Positions 27,475 through 32,000 of a stretch of DNA of 32,000 bases are shown piece by piece. Numbering within the stretch: position 1 is the first letter of the stretch; each line of letters begins with the position of its first letter. The stretch is taken from the NCBI RefSeq assembly GCF_002075285.3, contig NZ_CP021983.2, forward strand, positions 4,740,001-4,772,000. The letters run 5' to 3'. The stretch comes from Halomicronema hongdechloris C2206. GTDB taxonomy: Bacteria; Cyanobacteriota; Cyanobacteriia; Phormidesmidales; Phormidesmidaceae. The notes beneath the pieces were generated by a model, which searched no databases, was not told the origin of the DNA, and worked only from the letters and a program-made list of their open reading frames with translations. Made by a program: the position numbers and the translations under genes.

Positions 27475-28245
27475 AGAACTGGAATTTAAGCTCTCGGCTT
27501 CTTCCGGTGTTTTAGGCAGATGCAGGCCACATTCCTGCTTCAGCCCCTTAAAGCGGGTGCTGCGTTCGTGGTCGTCGTTGGCCATCAGCGGCCGACTCGA
27601 ATGCCAGTCTCCCACCGAAACATAGCCCTGATCGAACAGGGGATGATAGGGCAAGTCATGGGCGGTGAGATAGTCATACACGTCTTTGGCATTCCAATGC
27701 AGGATCGGCAGCAACTTGTACAGCCCGGCTTGGGTCTCGATGCGGTTTAGGGTTTGGCGGTGCTGGGTTTGGTCGGCCCGCAAGCCCGCCAGCCAAGCGG
27801 TGGCCTGCAGCTCTCTCAGGGCGCGCTGCATGGGCTCGACCTTACGAATCTGATCGTAGCGGTTCAAGGCGTCCACATCCTGCTGTTCCCAGAGGCGGCC
27901 ATAGAGGGCTTCCATGCGGGCGGGGCTGAGGTGAGACTGATAGACATGGAGGTTGAGGTGTAACCGTTGGGTTAAGTCTTCGGCGAAGCGATAGGTCTCT
28001 GCCGGTAGGTAGCCGGTGTCGACCCAGATCACTGGAATATCGGGCACTATCTGGGTGACCAAGTGCAACATCACCGCAGACTGGATGCCAAAACTGGTAC
28101 TCATCACCAACCCTGAACCAAAGGTCTTGGCTCCCCATGCCACTAGGGATGAGGCGTTAGCGTCAGCGTAGGTTCGATTGAGGGCATCCAGATCCAGCCG
28201 GGGAGCTTGCTGCTCAATGGGCTGATGAAGCGTCGGACTTGCCAT
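27469..28245 (-). CDS. cysH: Phosphoadenosine phosphosulfate (PAPS) reductase, thioredoxin-dependent type
   Basis: 258-aa ORF with the PP-loop-like SFGIQSAV region and the C-terminal ECGLH motif. Its only Cys is in ECGLH, with no CC…CxxC Fe-S ligands, which favours the PAPS-type over the APS-type reductase. Confidence 0.85.
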   Translation of the reverse strand: MASPTLHQPIEQQAPRLDLDALNRTYADANASSLVAWGAKTFGSGLVMSTSFGIQSAVMLHLVTQIVPDIPVIWVDTGYLPAETYRFAEDLTQRLHLNLHVYQSHLSPARMEALYGRLWEQQDVDALNRYDQIRKVEPMQRALRELQATAWLAGLRADQTQHRQTLNRIETQAGLYKLLPILHWNAKDVYDYLTAHDLPYHPLFDQGYVSVGDWHSSRPLMANDDHERSTRFKGLKQECGLHLPKTPEEAESLNSSSL

Positions 28246-28534
28246 GGGCCACTCGAATTGCTGCCATCTTCAGGACCTGTCTTCGGAGTCATAACTGTGC
28301 GAAGACAACGTTTGCATCATACCTGAGATTGGGGTTGCCATCAGCGAGCCAGCCGGCTCAGCCCCTAATTTGTCGAGCCGGGCCAGCCAGATCAACCTCT
28401 CCCCAGCATTCATCCCGCTGGGAAGTTTATCCTAGTTTCTGTAGCTTAAGCCCCCCTGTTTTGCGAGTAAATCCGCCATCATGAAGGGGGGTAACTGTGC
28501 CCACGCCATTGACCTAAATCGTTGCGATCGCATC

Positions 28535-30538
28535 ATGGGGACCTTTAACCTGCAGGCACCATTTCAACCCACCGGCGATCAGCCCCGGGCCATCCAGCAG
28601 CTGACGCAATACATCAACGGCAACCATCGCTATCAAACCCTACTGGGGGCCACCGGCACCGGCAAGACCCACACCATCGCCCGGGTGATCGAGGGCGGGG
28701 GCCGACCGACTCTAGTGCTGGCCCACAACAAGACCCTGGCGGCCCAGCTGTGTAATGAGTTGCGGGGGTTTTTCCCGGATAACGCCGTCGAATATTTCAT
28801 CAGCTATTACGACTATTACCAACCCGAGGCCTACATCCCCGTCACCGACACCTACATCGCCAAAACTGCCTCCATCAACGACGAAATCGACATGCTGCGC
28901 CACTCGGCCACCCGCTCCCTGTTTGAGCGCCGCGATGTCATCGTTGTCGCCTCCATCAGCTGCATCTATGGCCTGGGCATTCCCTCGGAATATCTGAAGG
29001 CCTCGATTCCCCTGCAGGTGGGCATGGAGGTCAACCAGCGGCAGGTGCTGCGGGAGCTGGCTACGATCCAGTACGAGCGCAATGACCTAGACGTGGGCCG
29101 CGGTCGGTTTCGGGTCAAGGGGGACGTGTTAGAAATTGGCCCCGCCTACGAAGATCGCCTGATTCGAGTGGAGTTTTTCGGCGATGAAATCGACGCCATT
29201 CGCTACGTCGATCCAGTCACCGGGACCACCCTGCAGAGCCTAGAGGCCCTCAGCATCTATCCGGCCAAGCACTTCGTCACCCCCGATGAGAAACTGGAGG
29301 CCGCCTGCGAAGCGATCCAGCAGGAACTGCGGGACCAACTGGAATACTTAGAACACCAGGGCAAATTGCTAGAGGCCCAACGCCTAGAGCAACGCACCCG
29401 CTACGACCTAGAGATGCTGCGGGAAGTAGGCTACTGCAATGGCGTAGAAAACTATGCCCGTCACTTGGCGGGTCGCACCGCCGGTTCCCCGCCAGAGTGT
29501 TTAATCGACTATTTCCCCAAAGACTGGCTACTGGTCATCGATGAATCCCACGTCACCATCCCCCAAATTCACGGCATGTACAACGGTGATCGCTCCCGGA
29601 AGCTAACCCTGATCGAACATGGCTTTCGCCTGCCCAGCGCCGCCGACAACCGGCCCCTGAAGGCAGAAGAATTCTGGCAAAAGCTGAACCAATGCATCTT
29701 TGTCTCGGCTACCCCAGGGACCTGGGAGATGGACATGTCTGAGGGGCGAGTGGCCGAACAGATCATTCGGCCCACTGGCGTGCTCGATCCCGAGATCTTT
29801 GTGCGCCCTACTGAGGGTCAGGTAGACGATCTCTTGGGCGAAATTCGAGAGCGGGCCCTGCGGCAGGAGCGGGTGCTGGTAACCACCCTAACCAAGCGCA
29901 TGGCCGAAGACCTGACCGAGTACTTCGAAGAGCATGGGGTGCGGGTGCGGTATCTGCATTCGGAAATTCACTCTATCGAGCGAATTGAGTTGATTCAGGA
30001 GCTGCGGGACGGCAACTTCGATGTGCTGGTGGGGGTCAACCTGCTGCGAGAGGGGCTAGACCTGCCGGAGGTATCCTTGGTGGCGATTCTAGATGCGGAC
30101 AAAGAAGGTTTCTTGCGGGCAGAGCGGTCATTGATTCAGACCATGGGCCGCGCCGCTCGCCATGTTCGGGGCCAAGCCATTCTCTATGCCGATACCCTCA
30201 CCGAGAGTATGGCTCGAGCCATTGAAGAGACAGAGCGTCGCCGTCATATCCAGCAAGAGTATAACCAGACCCATGGCATCACCCCTCAGCCCATTGCCAG
30301 CAAGAAGAGCAATGCTATTCTCTCGTTCCTGGAGATCTCCCGCCGGGTCAATCTGCAGACCTTAGAAGAGGTCTATGAGCACAAGGATGACCTGCCCTTG
30401 GAGGATATCCCCGAACTCATCGGTCAGCTGGAGAAGCAAATGAAGGAGGCGGCCAAGAATCTGGAGTTTGAAGCGGCGGCCCAATATCGCGATCGCATCA
30501 AGACCCTACGGGATCGCCTGCTGGGGAAACGGGTCTAG
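28535..30538 (+). CDS. uvrB: Excinuclease ABC subunit B
   Basis: Walker A (GATGTGKT), DESH box ([11 protein letters not shown]), helicase motifs, and the C-terminal UVR domain ([16 protein letters not shown]). ATG at 28535 ([17 protein letters not shown]) is preferred over the upstream ATG at 28481. Confidence 0.97.
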   Translation: MGTFNLQAPFQPTGDQPRAIQQLTQYINGNHRYQTLLGATGTGKTHTIARVIEGGGRPTLVLAHNKTLAAQLCNELRGFFPDNAVEYFISYYDYYQPEAYIPVTDTYIAKTASINDEIDMLRHSATRSLFERRDVIVVASISCIYGLGIPSEYLKASIPLQVGMEVNQRQVLRELATIQYERNDLDVGRGRFRVKGDVLEIGPAYEDRLIRVEFFGDEIDAIRYVDPVTGTTLQSLEALSIYPAKHFVTPDEKLEAACEAIQQELRDQLEYLEHQGKLLEAQRLEQRTRYDLEMLREVGYCNGVENYARHLAGRTAGSPPECLIDYFPKDWLLVIDESHVTIPQIHGMYNGDRSRKLTLIEHGFRLPSAADNRPLKAEEFWQKLNQCIFVSATPGTWEMDMSEGRVAEQIIRPTGVLDPEIFVRPTEGQVDDLLGEIRERALRQERVLVTTLTKRMAEDLTEYFEEHGVRVRYLHSEIHSIERIELIQELRDGNFDVLVGVNLLREGLDLPEVSLVAILDADKEGFLRAERSLIQTMGRAARHVRGQAILYADTLTESMARAIEETERRRHIQQEYNQTHGITPQPIASKKSNAILSFLEISRRVNLQTLEEVYEHKDDLPLEDIPELIGQLEKQMKEAAKNLEFEAAAQYRDRIKTLRDRLLGKRV

Positions 30539-30621
30539 GGCTTGGGGCTGTGAGTCTTGGCGCTAGGGCGGGCACCCTGGACCTAGATGCACCCGCCAGC
30601 GCTCAGCAGGATATAGTTAAG

Positions 30622-31725
30622 ATGACTCATGTCAGCACCGCCATGGGATTGCGTTCGTGGCAACGGCATTCTACGTCGTCTCCAGACTCCAAGGTTCAGG
30701 CCCAAAATCCTATCCCGACAGGGCTGCGTCATCTCTTCAGTCGCCTATTTCCAGATCGGGTCCTGCTAGACTTTACCGTCGCCATTTGCACCTACAACGG
30801 CGAATACCGCCTGGGAGATGTTCTAGCGTGTCTGCCCTGGCAAATCAATACTGAAGATCTAGTCTGGGAAGTCCTGGTCATCGATAACAACAGCTGCGAT
30901 GGCACCGCCCAAGTAGTGGCAGCCTTTCGGCAGACCTGGCCCCGCCACATTCCCCTGCGATATGGCTTTGAACCTAAACAGGGGGCGAGTTTTGCCCGGC
31001 AACGAGCGATTGAGATGGCCCGCAGTCCCTTGGTGGGCTTCCTCGATGATGACAACATTCCCTCCATGACCTGGGTGGCCGCCGCCCACCAGTTTAGCCA
31101 GCAGTATCCCCAGGCCGGGGCCTATGGCAGTCGCATTCGCGGTGACTTTGAGATAAATCCACCCGAACACTTCGAGCGCATCGCCGCCCTGTTGGCATTG
31201 ACCGAGCGCGGTCCCCACCCCCTACCCTACCCCCGTACTCAAAAGGTGCTGCCTCCCGGAGCTGGCCTCGTCGTTCGTCGCCAGGCCTGGCTGCAGACCG
31301 TTCCTAGGACCCTGGCCCTAGCCGGTCACATCGGCAGTCGCGAAACCGGCGAGGACTTAGAGGTAGTGCTGTATATCCAGAAGGCCGGTTGGGAGATCTG
31401 GTATAACCCGGCCATGCGGCTGTATCATCGCATTCCCGGCAACCGCCTCAAGCGTGAGTACTTGCTGCTGCTCTGTCGCAATATTGGCCTCAGTCGCTAT
31501 GGCACCCGCATGTTAAGCCTGCCTGCCTGGAAACGCCCTCTGATGATTCCCTTGTATGCTGGCAACGATCTACGTAAGATCGCTCGCCACCTGTGGACCT
31601 ACCGCACCACTGCTTTCACCGACACCGTCGCCGCCTGTGAACTGACCCTCTACAGCTACAGTTTGCTCAGCCCCTTCTATATGCTCTGGCGCCGCCTGAG
31701 GCAGAAGACCTCTTGCACGAATTGA
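30622..31725 (+). CDS. Family 2 glycosyltransferase
   Basis: Track ORF 30550..31725 (GTG start); the true start is uncertain and ATG 30622 is used here. GT2 signatures: FTVAICTYNGEYRL…VLVIDNNSCDGT and the DDD motif (GFLDDDNIP). Confidence 0.8.
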   Translation: MTHVSTAMGLRSWQRHSTSSPDSKVQAQNPIPTGLRHLFSRLFPDRVLLDFTVAICTYNGEYRLGDVLACLPWQINTEDLVWEVLVIDNNSCDGTAQVVAAFRQTWPRHIPLRYGFEPKQGASFARQRAIEMARSPLVGFLDDDNIPSMTWVAAAHQFSQQYPQAGAYGSRIRGDFEINPPEHFERIAALLALTERGPHPLPYPRTQKVLPPGAGLVVRRQAWLQTVPRTLALAGHIGSRETGEDLEVVLYIQKAGWEIWYNPAMRLYHRIPGNRLKREYLLLLCRNIGLSRYGTRMLSLPAWKRPLMIPLYAGNDLRKIARHLWTYRTTAFTDTVAACELTLYSYSLLSPFYMLWRRLRQKTSCTN

Positions 31726-32000
31726 GACAGTAGTCTCCAAATCTTTGCCGAACGCTATCGCAATCGACGGCGGCGATTTGGCCTCAGACTTCATTTGCTG
31801 GCTGGCATTCTTAACTACGAGATGGGACTGTCAATTTGATTTATGCAAGAGGTCTAATGTTTAACTCGAAGGAACCTGCGATCGCATCGTCATAGATACC
31901 CAAGAACCCATGCGATCGCATCCCCTGACACTCTCGAGGCAACCCCATGCATGTCAGCTTCAGTAGAAGCGATTGCTATGTCTGCTACTTCCCAGAATCA

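Overview
The window looks like cyanobacterial chromosome. It has about 57-60% GC in sampled lines, at least 15 copies of the HIP1 palindrome GCGATCGC, and an ndhF-ndhD pair. Most of it is ordinary core genome: a P-type ATPase (partial), ndhF, ndhD, a TonB-like protein, a GNAT acetyltransferase, hisC, a type-II NADH dehydrogenase coupled to DoxX, a SWIM protein, 5-formyl-THF cyclo-ligase, a large pentapeptide-repeat membrane protein, cysH, uvrB and a GT2 glycosyltransferase. Between ndhD (ends 6585) and a tRNA-Gly(UCC) gene (15305-15375, minus strand) lies a roughly 8.5 kb mosaic accessory segment that is partly much lower in GC and nearly free of HIP1. It carries: a Rieske oxygenase and TetR pair with twin palindromic operators; a GFA-VOC gene pair plus a group II intron RNA relic, all bracketed by two 96-bp direct repeats; a PIN toxin-antitoxin pair; a 5'-truncated ORF cut by an IS1380-like element whose transposase has one in-frame TAA; a decayed ISKra4-like element; a 42-bp tandem repeat array; and a 146-bp nested-hairpin inverted-repeat element. 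I do not see a coherent multi-gene system that I can confidently call novel. The best candidates for follow-up are the repeat-bracketed GFA/VOC/intron-relic module and the tandem-repeat plus nested-hairpin block next to the tRNA 3' end. All homology statements rest on motif recognition by eye, not on database searches.
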